From assembly GCA_963772835.1 (NCBI GenBank), contig CAVYYZ010000024.1, positions 1 to 64,000 of the forward strand: a DNA stretch of 64,000 nt, in the 5' to 3' direction. The notes below the pieces were generated by a model. The model searched no databases. It was not told the DNA's origin and saw only the letters and a list, made by a program, of their open reading frames with translations. The DNA is from an uncultured delta proteobacterium. GTDB taxonomy: Bacteria > Desulfobacterota > Desulfuromonadia > Geobacterales > Pseudopelobacteraceae. Shown piece by piece: positions 19,262 to 27,670 of the stretch (positions within the stretch are counted from its first letter, which is position 1; each line of letters starts with the position of its first letter). The translations under genes and the position numbers were made by a program.

Positions 19262-21742
19262 ATGAATCTTCTCGCTGTCGAAAAACCTGCCCGCTATATG
19301 GGGGGCGAAATGGGCTCCATTCGCAAGGATGTTGCCGATCTGCGCTTTGCACTGGCGTTCCCTGATGTGTATGAAGTCGGTATGAGTCATCTGGGGCTTC
19401 GGATCCTGTATCACATCCTGAACGGGGAAGAAGGGATTGCAGCGGAACGTGTATTTGCTCCCTGGCCCGATATGGAGACGCAGATGCTGTCCGCAGGTGT
19501 CCCGCTGTCAACACTTGAAACAGCTACTCCTCTGGCGGCATGCGATATTATCGGCTTCACTCTGCAGTACGAACTTTCCTATACCAATATATTGAATATG
19601 CTCCGTCTGGGCGGTATTCCGCTATTGACGAGCGACAGGGGGAACTCCTTTCCGCTGGTCATTGCCGGCGGTCCCTGCGCCTATAACCCGGAACCGCTGG
19701 CTCCGTTTTTTGATGCAGTGCTGCTGGGGGACGGTGAAGAAGCTGTCGTGGAAATTGCCCGTGCGGTGTTGGATGCGAAAAAAACAGGTGAGAACAAGGA
19801 TCAACTTCTTATCCGGCTCTCCGGAATTGCCGGAGTCTACATTCCTTCGTTCTTTGAGCCTCAGTACACTCCCGACTTTACCCTGTCTGCAGTCATACCT
19901 CTTAAGGCCGGGTATTCATCAGTCCGCCGGCGCTTTTTGTCCGATCTTGACGCCGCTCCCTATCCGGATTCTCCTGTTGTTCCATTTATGAAGACTATCC
20001 ATGACCGGGTAGCGGTGGAGATCGCCCGCGGTTGTACCCGTGGCTGCCGTTTCTGTCAGGCAGGGTATGTCTATCGTCCACTGCGCGAGCGTTCTCCGGA
20101 AACAATACTGGACATCATAGAAAAATCACTCAAAGCCACCGGTTATGATGAAATATCACTGTTGTCGCTATCAACCGGCGATTATTCCTGTGTTACCCCG
20201 TTGGTGACCGAATTGATGGAGCGTTATGCCGAGAACCGGGTTGCTGTCTCGCTCCCGTCCCTGCGCGTCGGGAGCTTGTCGGATGAACTGATCGATGAAA
20301 TAAAAAAAGTTCGTAAAACCGGATTTACCCTGGCTCCGGAGGCCGGCAGCGACCGGATGAGGCGGGTCATAAACAAAGGCATCACCGAGTCTGACCTGAT
20401 TTCCGGAGCCGCAGCGATATACCAGGCCGGTTGGCGCCTCATCAAGCTGTATTTCATGATCGGGCTGCCGGGTGAAACAGCCGACGACGTTGCCCAGATC
20501 GCGACGCTGGCGCGCCAGGTCAAGGACCAGGCCAAAGGGAGCAGTGTTTCCGGCGATGTTAATGTTGCTGTCAGCACCTTTGTTCCCAAGGCGCATACAC
20601 CGTTCCAGTGGGAGCCTCAGATATCCATGCAGGAAACCACCGACCTTCAGTATCAATTGCATTGCGATCTTAAAAAACGCAAGCTGAAGTTCAAATGGCA
20701 GGATGCGCCCCTTTCGTTTATGGAAGGTGTCTTTGCCCGCGGAGACCGCCGTCTGGCACCTGTTCTGATCCGTGCAGTTGAACTTGGCTGCCGTTTTGAC
20801 GGTTGGCGCGAGTATTTTTCTCTGCAACGCTGGCTGCAGGCCTTTACCGATTGTGATGTCGAACCGGAATGGTATTTGCGCCGCCGTGAGCTTGATGAAG
20901 TTTTGCCGTGGGATCATCTGGATTGCGGAGTGACACGCGATTTTCTGCTGGCCGAACGTGGGCAGGCTCTTGCAGAAGCAGCAACGAGTGATTGTCGTGA
21001 TGGCAGCTGCAGTGCCTGTGGAGTCTGCGATTTCACTGTTGTGACGAACCGGATTGCTGAACCGGCGGAGCTTTCACAACTGCCAAGCGTCCTGTCTGGT
21101 GAACCAAAAGCCGCACGGATGCGGCTCAGATTTTCCAAAACCGCCAGCATGCGCTATTTGAGCCACCTTGAACTGATAACCGTCTTTACTCGTGCCGTCA
21201 GCAGGGGTGGCGTTCCGATCCTGTTTTCACTCGGCTTCCACCCGCATCCGCGCTTCTCTTTCGGAACGGCAACGTCTGTGGGAGTCGAGTCACAGGCGGA
21301 GTATATGGATATGTTTGTTGCCGCCGGTATCAGTGCGCAGGAAATACTGACGCGGCTTAACGGGGTGCTGCCGGAAGGACTGCGAATTTTGGAATCGGAG
21401 GAAGTTGACGCCAAATCACCATCCATCTCAACGCTGATCGATGCCACCCGCTATCGGATAACGCTAGCGGGGGCAGATCGGGACGAATTGCATGAGCAAT
21501 GTGTGCAATTTATGGCACATGACACTTTGGTCATTCAACGGACCAAGAAAGGTCAGACCCAGACAGTCGATCTCAGGGGTGAAACCGTTTCACTTTTTGC
21601 CGCCGGGCAGACTGTTGAACTTGTCGCCAAAAGGGGGAAGCCTGTCGAATTTGTCCGGGCCATAACCGGTGATGAGACAATTCAGGGTGATGATCTTCAG
21701 GTTGAGAAACTGGAAGTCATCTTTGCACGGCAGGAACAGTAA
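19262..21742 (+). CDS. B12-binding-type radical SAM protein fused to a C-terminal DUF2344-like domain (TIGR03960/TIGR03936-like)
   Basis: VEKPARYMGGE, FPDVYEVGMSHLG, CTRGCRFC; C-terminal RYLSHLEL...FS.GFHPHP. Located upstream of rng. Confidence 0.9.
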   Translation: MNLLAVEKPARYMGGEMGSIRKDVADLRFALAFPDVYEVGMSHLGLRILYHILNGEEGIAAERVFAPWPDMETQMLSAGVPLSTLETATPLAACDIIGFTLQYELSYTNILNMLRLGGIPLLTSDRGNSFPLVIAGGPCAYNPEPLAPFFDAVLLGDGEEAVVEIARAVLDAKKTGENKDQLLIRLSGIAGVYIPSFFEPQYTPDFTLSAVIPLKAGYSSVRRRFLSDLDAAPYPDSPVVPFMKTIHDRVAVEIARGCTRGCRFCQAGYVYRPLRERSPETILDIIEKSLKATGYDEISLLSLSTGDYSCVTPLVTELMERYAENRVAVSLPSLRVGSLSDELIDEIKKVRKTGFTLAPEAGSDRMRRVINKGITESDLISGAAAIYQAGWRLIKLYFMIGLPGETADDVAQIATLARQVKDQAKGSSVSGDVNVAVSTFVPKAHTPFQWEPQISMQETTDLQYQLHCDLKKRKLKFKWQDAPLSFMEGVFARGDRRLAPVLIRAVELGCRFDGWREYFSLQRWLQAFTDCDVEPEWYLRRRELDEVLPWDHLDCGVTRDFLLAERGQALAEAATSDCRDGSCSACGVCDFTVVTNRIAEPAELSQLPSVLSGEPKAARMRLRFSKTASMRYLSHLELITVFTRAVSRGGVPILFSLGFHPHPRFSFGTATSVGVESQAEYMDMFVAAGISAQEILTRLNGVLPEGLRILESEEVDAKSPSISTLIDATRYRITLAGADRDELHEQCVQFMAHDTLVIQRTKKGQTQTVDLRGETVSLFAAGQTVELVAKRGKPVEFVRAITGDETIQGDDLQVEKLEVIFARQEQ

Positions 21743-21806
21743 TTATAGGCATCTTCTGGCAATCATACATACGATTTCATATTTCATATAAACGGAGAAA
21801 ACTACC

Positions 21807-23333
21807 ATGGGAGCTGAGCTATTAATCAATGCGGCTTCCCACGAAACCCGTATCGCGCTGATTGAGAACGGCACTATTGCCGAACTTTATATCGAACGAA
21901 GCCGCGAAAAGGGAATTGTGGGCAATATTTACAAAGGGCGGGTTATTCGTGTCCTGCCCGGCATGCAGGCGGCCTTTGTGGATATCGGTCTGGAGAAGGC
22001 GGCGTTCCTTTATGTCGCCGACGTGTACGATGCCATTGAGGAGTATGAGTCTCTGTTGTATGCCGACAGCAAAAAGGACGATGAACCGACAGAAGAGAAT
22101 GAGAGCAATGACCGTCCCGAATATCGTCCTCTCCACCCGATTGAGGATCTTCTGCAGGAGGGGCAGGAGCTGCTGGTGCAGATATCCAAGGAGCCTCTCG
22201 GCACCAAAGGGGCTCGAATAACGTCCCATATTTCGCTGCCGGGTCGGCATCTGGTCTATATGCCGACGGTTGACCATATCGGGATCTCGAGACGGATTGA
22301 GGATGAGACAGAGCGGGAGCGATTGCGGGAGATTGTTGAACGCCTCAAAAAAACGGGATCCGGTTACATTGTCAGGACCGTTTCGGAAGGAAAGAGCGAA
22401 GAAGATTTGATTGCCGACATGGAGTACCTGAGCACCGTGTGGGATGAAATGTCCAAACGGCAGTCAAAGGCAGCGGTTCCGTCATTGCTGCATTCTGACC
22501 TGGATGTCGTCCAAAAGGTGGTTCGGGACATAGTCACTGAGCAGGTCGATAAAATAGTTGTCGATTCAAAGGTTGATTACGACCGGATTGTGAATTTTAT
22601 TTCGACCTTTGCGCCAAAGATGAAATATACGATCGAGCTGTATGATGAAGAAGAACCGATTTTCGATCATTACGGGCTTGAGGTGGAAATCAGCAGAGCA
22701 TTGGGGAGAAAGGTCTGGCTCAAATCGGGCGGCTACATAATTATCGAGCAGACTGAAGCCTTGAGCGCCGTTGATGTCAATACCGGCCGGTTTGTCGGTA
22801 AACATAATCTGGAAGATACAATTTTGAAGACCAATCTGGAAGCGGTCAAGGAAATTGCATACCAGTTACGGTTGCGGAACATTGGCGGGATCATCATAAT
22901 TGACTTTATCGACATGGAAAAAGAGGTCAATCGGGAAAAGGTATATGGTGCGCTGGAAGAGGCTCTGAAAGCTGACAAGTCGAAGACCAATATTCTGAAA
23001 ATATCCGAGCTCGGCCTGGTTGAGATGACCAGAAAACGGGTCCGCGAAAATATCAGCCGCATGATGTGTGAACCATGCAGCTACTGTGAAGGGCGCGGGT
23101 ACATAAAATCAAAAATAACCGTCTGTCATGAAATATTCCGTGAATTGCGCCGGGAAATGCTTGATATCCGGGGCACTAAAGCAACGGTAACCGTACACCC
23201 GCAGGTGGCGGATCTCCTCTATGACGAAGAGCGACGAGGACTTGAAGAGCTGGAAAAGAAATTCAAAAAAAGGATTACGGTGAGGGCCAAGCCGGGCTTC
23301 CATCAGGAACAGTTTGAAATTTCGATCAACTGA
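21807..23333 (+). CDS. rng: Ribonuclease G (Rne/Rng family)
   Basis: GNIYKGRV.RVLPGMQAAFVDIG, DVNTG, QLRLRNIGGIIIIDFIDM; no long C-terminal tail. Confidence 0.95.
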   Translation: MGAELLINAASHETRIALIENGTIAELYIERSREKGIVGNIYKGRVIRVLPGMQAAFVDIGLEKAAFLYVADVYDAIEEYESLLYADSKKDDEPTEENESNDRPEYRPLHPIEDLLQEGQELLVQISKEPLGTKGARITSHISLPGRHLVYMPTVDHIGISRRIEDETERERLREIVERLKKTGSGYIVRTVSEGKSEEDLIADMEYLSTVWDEMSKRQSKAAVPSLLHSDLDVVQKVVRDIVTEQVDKIVVDSKVDYDRIVNFISTFAPKMKYTIELYDEEEPIFDHYGLEVEISRALGRKVWLKSGGYIIIEQTEALSAVDVNTGRFVGKHNLEDTILKTNLEAVKEIAYQLRLRNIGGIIIIDFIDMEKEVNREKVYGALEEALKADKSKTNILKISELGLVEMTRKRVRENISRMMCEPCSYCEGRGYIKSKITVCHEIFRELRREMLDIRGTKATVTVHPQVADLLYDEERRGLEELEKKFKKRITVRAKPGFHQEQFEISIN

Positions 23334-23345
23334 ACGAGCACATAC

Positions 23346-23388
23346 AAACGTAACGAGGCGGGGGACATTCCCCGCCTCGTTACGTTTT
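23346..23388. terminator. Strong bidirectional hairpin terminator after rng
   Basis: 18-bp stem aaacgtaacgaggcgggg / ccccgcctcgttacgttt. Confidence 0.85.
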
Positions 23389-23477
23389 AGACGTTTAAAC
23401 AATGTTCACCCATTATCACCGTGAGGCAGATTCGTTTCTGCCCTGGTCCCATCTATGAGGGTACCGGTGAAGATGAA

Positions 23478-23663
23478 CTATGCGGCTTTGCTGTTAAGAT
23501 CGTTCTGCTCATAGTGAGCGGAAAAATACTCCATTGCCTCGCGCATAATGTCCGATACGCTTTTATGAGTTGTTTTCATCAGGTTTTCCAGATGATCGCG
23601 TTCTTCATCACTCACCCTCATTGAAATGACATTGTAGCGTGGATTCTCTCTCATTCTTCCCAT
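23478..23663 (-). CDS. hgtR: HgtR-like ribbon-helix-helix repressor
   Basis: MGRMRENPRYNVISMRVSDEE...SVSDIMREAM resembles Geobacter HgtR; sits downstream of a hydrogenase-like sigma54 activator. Confidence 0.8.
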   Translation of the reverse strand: MGRMRENPRYNVISMRVSDEERDHLENLMKTTHKSVSDIMREAMEYFSAHYEQNDLNSKAA

Positions 23664-23730
23664 GGTCGTGCTCCTTCCGGTTTTATTATGGTGTACTTCA
23701 CGTTCAAATAAACGAATATGCTGTATACAT

Positions 23731-23747
23731 AGCCAGTTTCGTGCCAA
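23731..23747 (-). promoter_or_regulatory. Sigma54 (-24/-12) promoter of hgtR
   Basis: Minus strand TTGGCACGAAACTGGCT: GG and GC at canonical spacing. Confidence 0.8.
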
Positions 23748-23828
23748 ATAAAAAATATAAATAAAATACATATTATTTCAGCCGGTTGAAAATATAGTAT
23801 CTATGGCGCATCCGCCGCCCTGATGTAT

Positions 23829-23850
23829 TATGTGCCTAAATTGGCACATA
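23829..23850. promoter_or_regulatory. Palindromic candidate enhancer TATGTGCC-N6-GGCACATA
   Basis: Perfect 8-bp dyad ~85-100 bp upstream of the sigma54 promoter. Confidence 0.6.
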
Positions 23851-23926
23851 TGTGGCCAAAATTATGCACTTTCTGAAACAGCACGCGTGCGTGTGCCGGT
23901 GAGGTGCTCTGAAAAAGTGCGAGTAA

Positions 23927-26206
23927 TTATCGGGAAACAGATTTTGGACGACGAACCACTGCAATGCCATGCTTTTCGAGCAGGCGGTAAAAGGTTCGCC
24001 GGGGGAGATTTGCAAGGCGGGCCGCTTTAGCAACGTTTCCATCGGTTTCTTCGAGATAGCGCGAAATAATATTCTTCTCGGTACGAACGACCTGCAGTTC
24101 ACGTTCTGCCTTGAAAGAGACCCGGCGACGATTGGTGGCAATATCCAGGCAGGATTCGTGGGTATCGGTAAAAACTGTCGGTAAATATTCCAGCCGGATG
24201 ATGCCATCTTTTGCCAGAACAGCGCTCCGTTCGATGACATTCTGCATCTCTCGTATATTCCCGGGCCAGGCATAGTGCTGCATCGCCTTGACGGCCCGGT
24301 CTTCAATACCGGCAATGTTCTTATTCAGTTTTTTCCGGGCCTTTTCGAGAAAATGCAGGGCGAGCTCCGGAACAGACTCGGAACGCTGCCTGAGCGGGGG
24401 AAGTTCAATAAAAAATACGTTGAGACGATAATACAGATCTTCGCGAAACCAACCGTCACGAACACCCTGCTCGAGATCCTTGTTGGTGGCAGTTATCAGT
24501 CGCACGTCAACCTTTTTGGCCGTAACGCTTCCTACGGGACGAACCTCGCCCAGATCCAGTATGCGCAGCAGTTCGGCCTGCAGTTTTGGGGTGATATCTC
24601 CGATTTCGTCCAGAAAAATAGTTCCTCCGTCGGCGGCCTCAAATAACCCTTTTTTGTCTACAATTGCCCCGGTAAACGAACCCTTTTTATGGCCGAACAG
24701 TTCACTCTCGAGCAGTGAATCTGTCAGTGTCGTGCAGTTTACCGTCATAAGCGGCTTATCATTTCGCAGGCTTTGACGGTGGATTGCACGGGCAGTCAGT
24801 TCCTTGCCGGTGCCGGTCTCGCCTCTGATGAGAACTGTTATCGGAGTCGGGGCCACTTTGCGGATCAGTTCCATTACCTCCCTGATGCCGGGGTCGCTGC
24901 CGACTATCAAGTCATCTCCCGCCTGACGGTCCAGTTCCCGCTGCACAAGTTCATACTTCTGCATCAGATGCCCGCGCTCTTCTTCAATCAACTTCATGTT
25001 GTGAGGAAGGCACATTTCGATATCGGCCAATCCTTGAAAAACCGCCACCGCATGCTCGCGGCAGCTGTTGTACCCGCAGGCGCGGCAATTAAGCTCATCT
25101 CCCTGTGTGAATTTATTTGTGGAATGGAGGATGCGCTTGATGTCATCCTTGCCGGGAGTTGCCAGTTTTTGTGATTTGTTTGAGAAGGAACGGGCAAGAT
25201 CAGGCAGAAGGGCTGTTGATCGATAGTGGGCGGCGGTTTCGTAGTGAGGTTTGGTGCTGTTGTGGCATACGATCAGCTTGCGCTTGAAAAAATGATTGAG
25301 CTCCTTATCGCGGGTCGGGCCATCGACACATCCGCCGTCACAGAAACGGAGGTCGACAAATGCCGGCGAAATCCGCCCGGCAGCCAGATCACGAATAATG
25401 CCGATGGTATGCGCCTCGCCTTCGGCACAGATAGTCTCATTATCCTGGAAATCTGTCCGGATATCAAAAACTTCAAGAGATCCGCCGGTGAGCGAAAAAA
25501 GACGTCCGTTGCCTGGATCAACGCCGTCGAACGGCATTTCAGTCAGGCTGTCCGGTGTTATACCCCTGTTTTTGAATAATTTTTCAATTTCCTGATAGGT
25601 AAGCACGACATCTATTGCACCGGAAACCTCACTCTGGATTTCGAATTTCGCCGCAATACAGGAGCTGACATAGACCACCCGGGTTTCTGCGCCAAGGATG
25701 TCCTTGATGAAGCGTCCCATGGCAATCATCGGTGATACTACAGGCATAATGTTGGGAACGAGCGACGGATAATGCCGCTCAATCAGATCGACTACTGCAG
25801 GGCAATGGGATGAAATCAGCGGTTGAGCAGAGGAGTGGAGCGCGTCCCGGTAGCTTCCTGCAATCATACGCGCGCCGTACGCCCCCTCGTGAACTTCGCT
25901 GAATCCAAGGCTTTTTAAAGAGGCAACAAGCTGTCCCGGTTGCAGAGTGTGGAAAAAAGATGGAAACGAGCAGCCGAGGATCGCAACGACCGGAGAGCCG
26001 GATGCCAGCATCTCCTGTGTCCGGACCATGCGGTCAACCACCACCTTGGCATGCTGCGGGCAGCTCAGGCAGTTGCCGCAGCCGATGCAGCGGTCGTACA
26101 TGATCTGTGCAAAGCCTCCATCAACCTTGATGGCCTTGACAGGACAGCTGCGAACACATGAATAACAGCGGCGACAGCGCTCTTTGTAGGTGACTATGGG
26201 TTCCAT
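23927..26206 (-). CDS. Sigma54 enhancer-binding protein with 2x[4Fe-4S], [FeFe]-hydrogenase-like and FeS sensory domains
   Basis: CRRCYSC..CP, CIGCGNC, SHCP, SSCIAAKFE, FCDGGCVDG, LNCRACGY..C; GETGTGKE, ESELFGH, GSFTGA, WPGNIRE; C-terminal HTH. Confidence 0.92.
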   Translation of the reverse strand: MEPIVTYKERCRRCYSCVRSCPVKAIKVDGGFAQIMYDRCIGCGNCLSCPQHAKVVVDRMVRTQEMLASGSPVVAILGCSFPSFFHTLQPGQLVASLKSLGFSEVHEGAYGARMIAGSYRDALHSSAQPLISSHCPAVVDLIERHYPSLVPNIMPVVSPMIAMGRFIKDILGAETRVVYVSSCIAAKFEIQSEVSGAIDVVLTYQEIEKLFKNRGITPDSLTEMPFDGVDPGNGRLFSLTGGSLEVFDIRTDFQDNETICAEGEAHTIGIIRDLAAGRISPAFVDLRFCDGGCVDGPTRDKELNHFFKRKLIVCHNSTKPHYETAAHYRSTALLPDLARSFSNKSQKLATPGKDDIKRILHSTNKFTQGDELNCRACGYNSCREHAVAVFQGLADIEMCLPHNMKLIEEERGHLMQKYELVQRELDRQAGDDLIVGSDPGIREVMELIRKVAPTPITVLIRGETGTGKELTARAIHRQSLRNDKPLMTVNCTTLTDSLLESELFGHKKGSFTGAIVDKKGLFEAADGGTIFLDEIGDITPKLQAELLRILDLGEVRPVGSVTAKKVDVRLITATNKDLEQGVRDGWFREDLYYRLNVFFIELPPLRQRSESVPELALHFLEKARKKLNKNIAGIEDRAVKAMQHYAWPGNIREMQNVIERSAVLAKDGIIRLEYLPTVFTDTHESCLDIATNRRRVSFKAERELQVVRTEKNIISRYLEETDGNVAKAARLANLPRRTFYRLLEKHGIAVVRRPKSVSR

Positions 26207-26260
26207 GACTCTCTTGTGGACAAATATTCAGATACACGACAATACACGAAAACAAGAATA

Positions 26261-26278
26261 TGTGCAATAAACGGCACA
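26261..26278. promoter_or_regulatory. Second TGTGC-N8-GCACA dyad upstream of the activator gene
   Basis: tgtgcaataaacggcaca, same spacing as 23831-23848. Confidence 0.5.
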
Positions 26279-26295
26279 CTATAATGCCCGATATT

Positions 26296-27438
26296 TCAAA
26301 GGCACATCAACCCATCTGAAATAATGACCCGTTCACTCCCGTCCGCCATAATTGCGGTCAGGGTCGGCTGATAGAACACGTAATCCTCATGGAACGGGGC
26401 GCTGACCGTACCACCGAAGCCGGTGTTATCTCCCAGGGCGATGTGGATCGTGCCGAGGATTTTCTCGGCTTCAAGCACATTATCGGGGCGGCTCGCCTTG
26501 TCGTTGGTGCCGATGCCCAGTTCGGCGATATTCCGGCAGTTGGCGTTTTCGGAAAATCTCCCTTCCAGACGGGCGCGGTGGGGGTCATTCCCTTCTATAC
26601 GGACAACCACACCGTTCTCTACCGTCAGGCGGACCGGTTCATCCAGTTTGCGGGTCGGCCCCCACTCCAATACCATGATCCCGTGGCTTCTCCCTTCTAG
26701 CGGAGCAAAATAGGCCTCGCCGGCCGGCAGATTTCCGAAGCTTCCCGATGCTGTCAGCATGCCGTCATCCCCCCCGGCATGTCGTCCCTGTTTGCAGATG
26801 GTCATGTCAGTGCCGTTCGGCGTGGTTACCCGTATCCACTCACCGCTGTTGACCGCTTCAACAAGGAGAGCGGTACGTGCGGCCAGTGCGCTCCAATCGA
26901 CGGTCATTGACGTGTGGAACATATCCGGGTCGAAATGCGGCAGGCTTGCAAAGCGGCATCCGGCGGCGCAGGCCAACGCACGGTAACGGGTGTGGCTGGA
27001 GGAATTGTTTGAGAGGGCGATGATGATCCCTGCAACTTCCTCACGGTGTGCCATGACAATCTCTCGTGCCCGTGAGATCTCGTCGGTTGTTGCCGCCTTG
27101 GCCAGCAGTTTTCCCAATAACGTCTCTGATTCCAACGCGGTCACTATCGTGCCGCCGAAGGTTGCCAGCCAGAGCTCACCCGGCGGTTCGACACCGGATG
27201 CTGCGGTGGCAGGGAATTCCACGAAATCACCACTTCCGTATGTCTGTCTGGCAAAATCCGCCGCCGCCCGCGCAGTTGCGTTCAGTCGTGTCCTGCGATC
27301 GAGATCAGACGCAGAAGGGGTCTCATCAGGGCGGATGATGTCGCTGAATACCAGCACCCGTTCCCCCGGCTTTATTCCCATATTGGTTTCAAAGAGCGAC
27401 CGGAATGCTTCGTCGAGGTTTTTGACTGTCATACTCAT
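26296..27438 (-). CDS. M29-like (thermophilic) aminopeptidase
   Basis: GNLPAGEAY, NIAELGIGTN, LEAEKILGTIHIALGDN, HED. Confidence 0.88.
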   Translation of the reverse strand: MSMTVKNLDEAFRSLFETNMGIKPGERVLVFSDIIRPDETPSASDLDRRTRLNATARAAADFARQTYGSGDFVEFPATAASGVEPPGELWLATFGGTIVTALESETLLGKLLAKAATTDEISRAREIVMAHREEVAGIIIALSNNSSSHTRYRALACAAGCRFASLPHFDPDMFHTSMTVDWSALAARTALLVEAVNSGEWIRVTTPNGTDMTICKQGRHAGGDDGMLTASGSFGNLPAGEAYFAPLEGRSHGIMVLEWGPTRKLDEPVRLTVENGVVVRIEGNDPHRARLEGRFSENANCRNIAELGIGTNDKASRPDNVLEAEKILGTIHIALGDNTGFGGTVSAPFHEDYVFYQPTLTAIMADGSERVIISDGLMCL

Positions 27439-27476
27439 TTACTCCTCCCGGAAAAGATTATAGCATCAGGTGATGC

Positions 27477-27596
27477 GCATACTGTATAGCACGTGGCGCA
27501 TAAAAGGTAAAACCGCTTGGTATCGGCGTGACCACTCCCCCTGTTTTTTCCTTGATTTATAGGGTGTTATTATGATAATCATGCATACTGTATACA
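27477..27596. promoter_or_regulatory. Two GCATACTGTATA boxes in the divergent sfrB/aminopeptidase promoter region
   Basis: Identical 12-mers at 27477-27488 and 27583-27594; the second lies just downstream of a TTGATT-N16-GATAAT promoter. Confidence 0.6.
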
Positions 27597-27670
27597 ATTC
27601 TGTTTACTTATTTTATCCAATAATAACGAGTACTTAACCCTGTTTACCGGGTTGGTTGGTGGAGGTTTTT

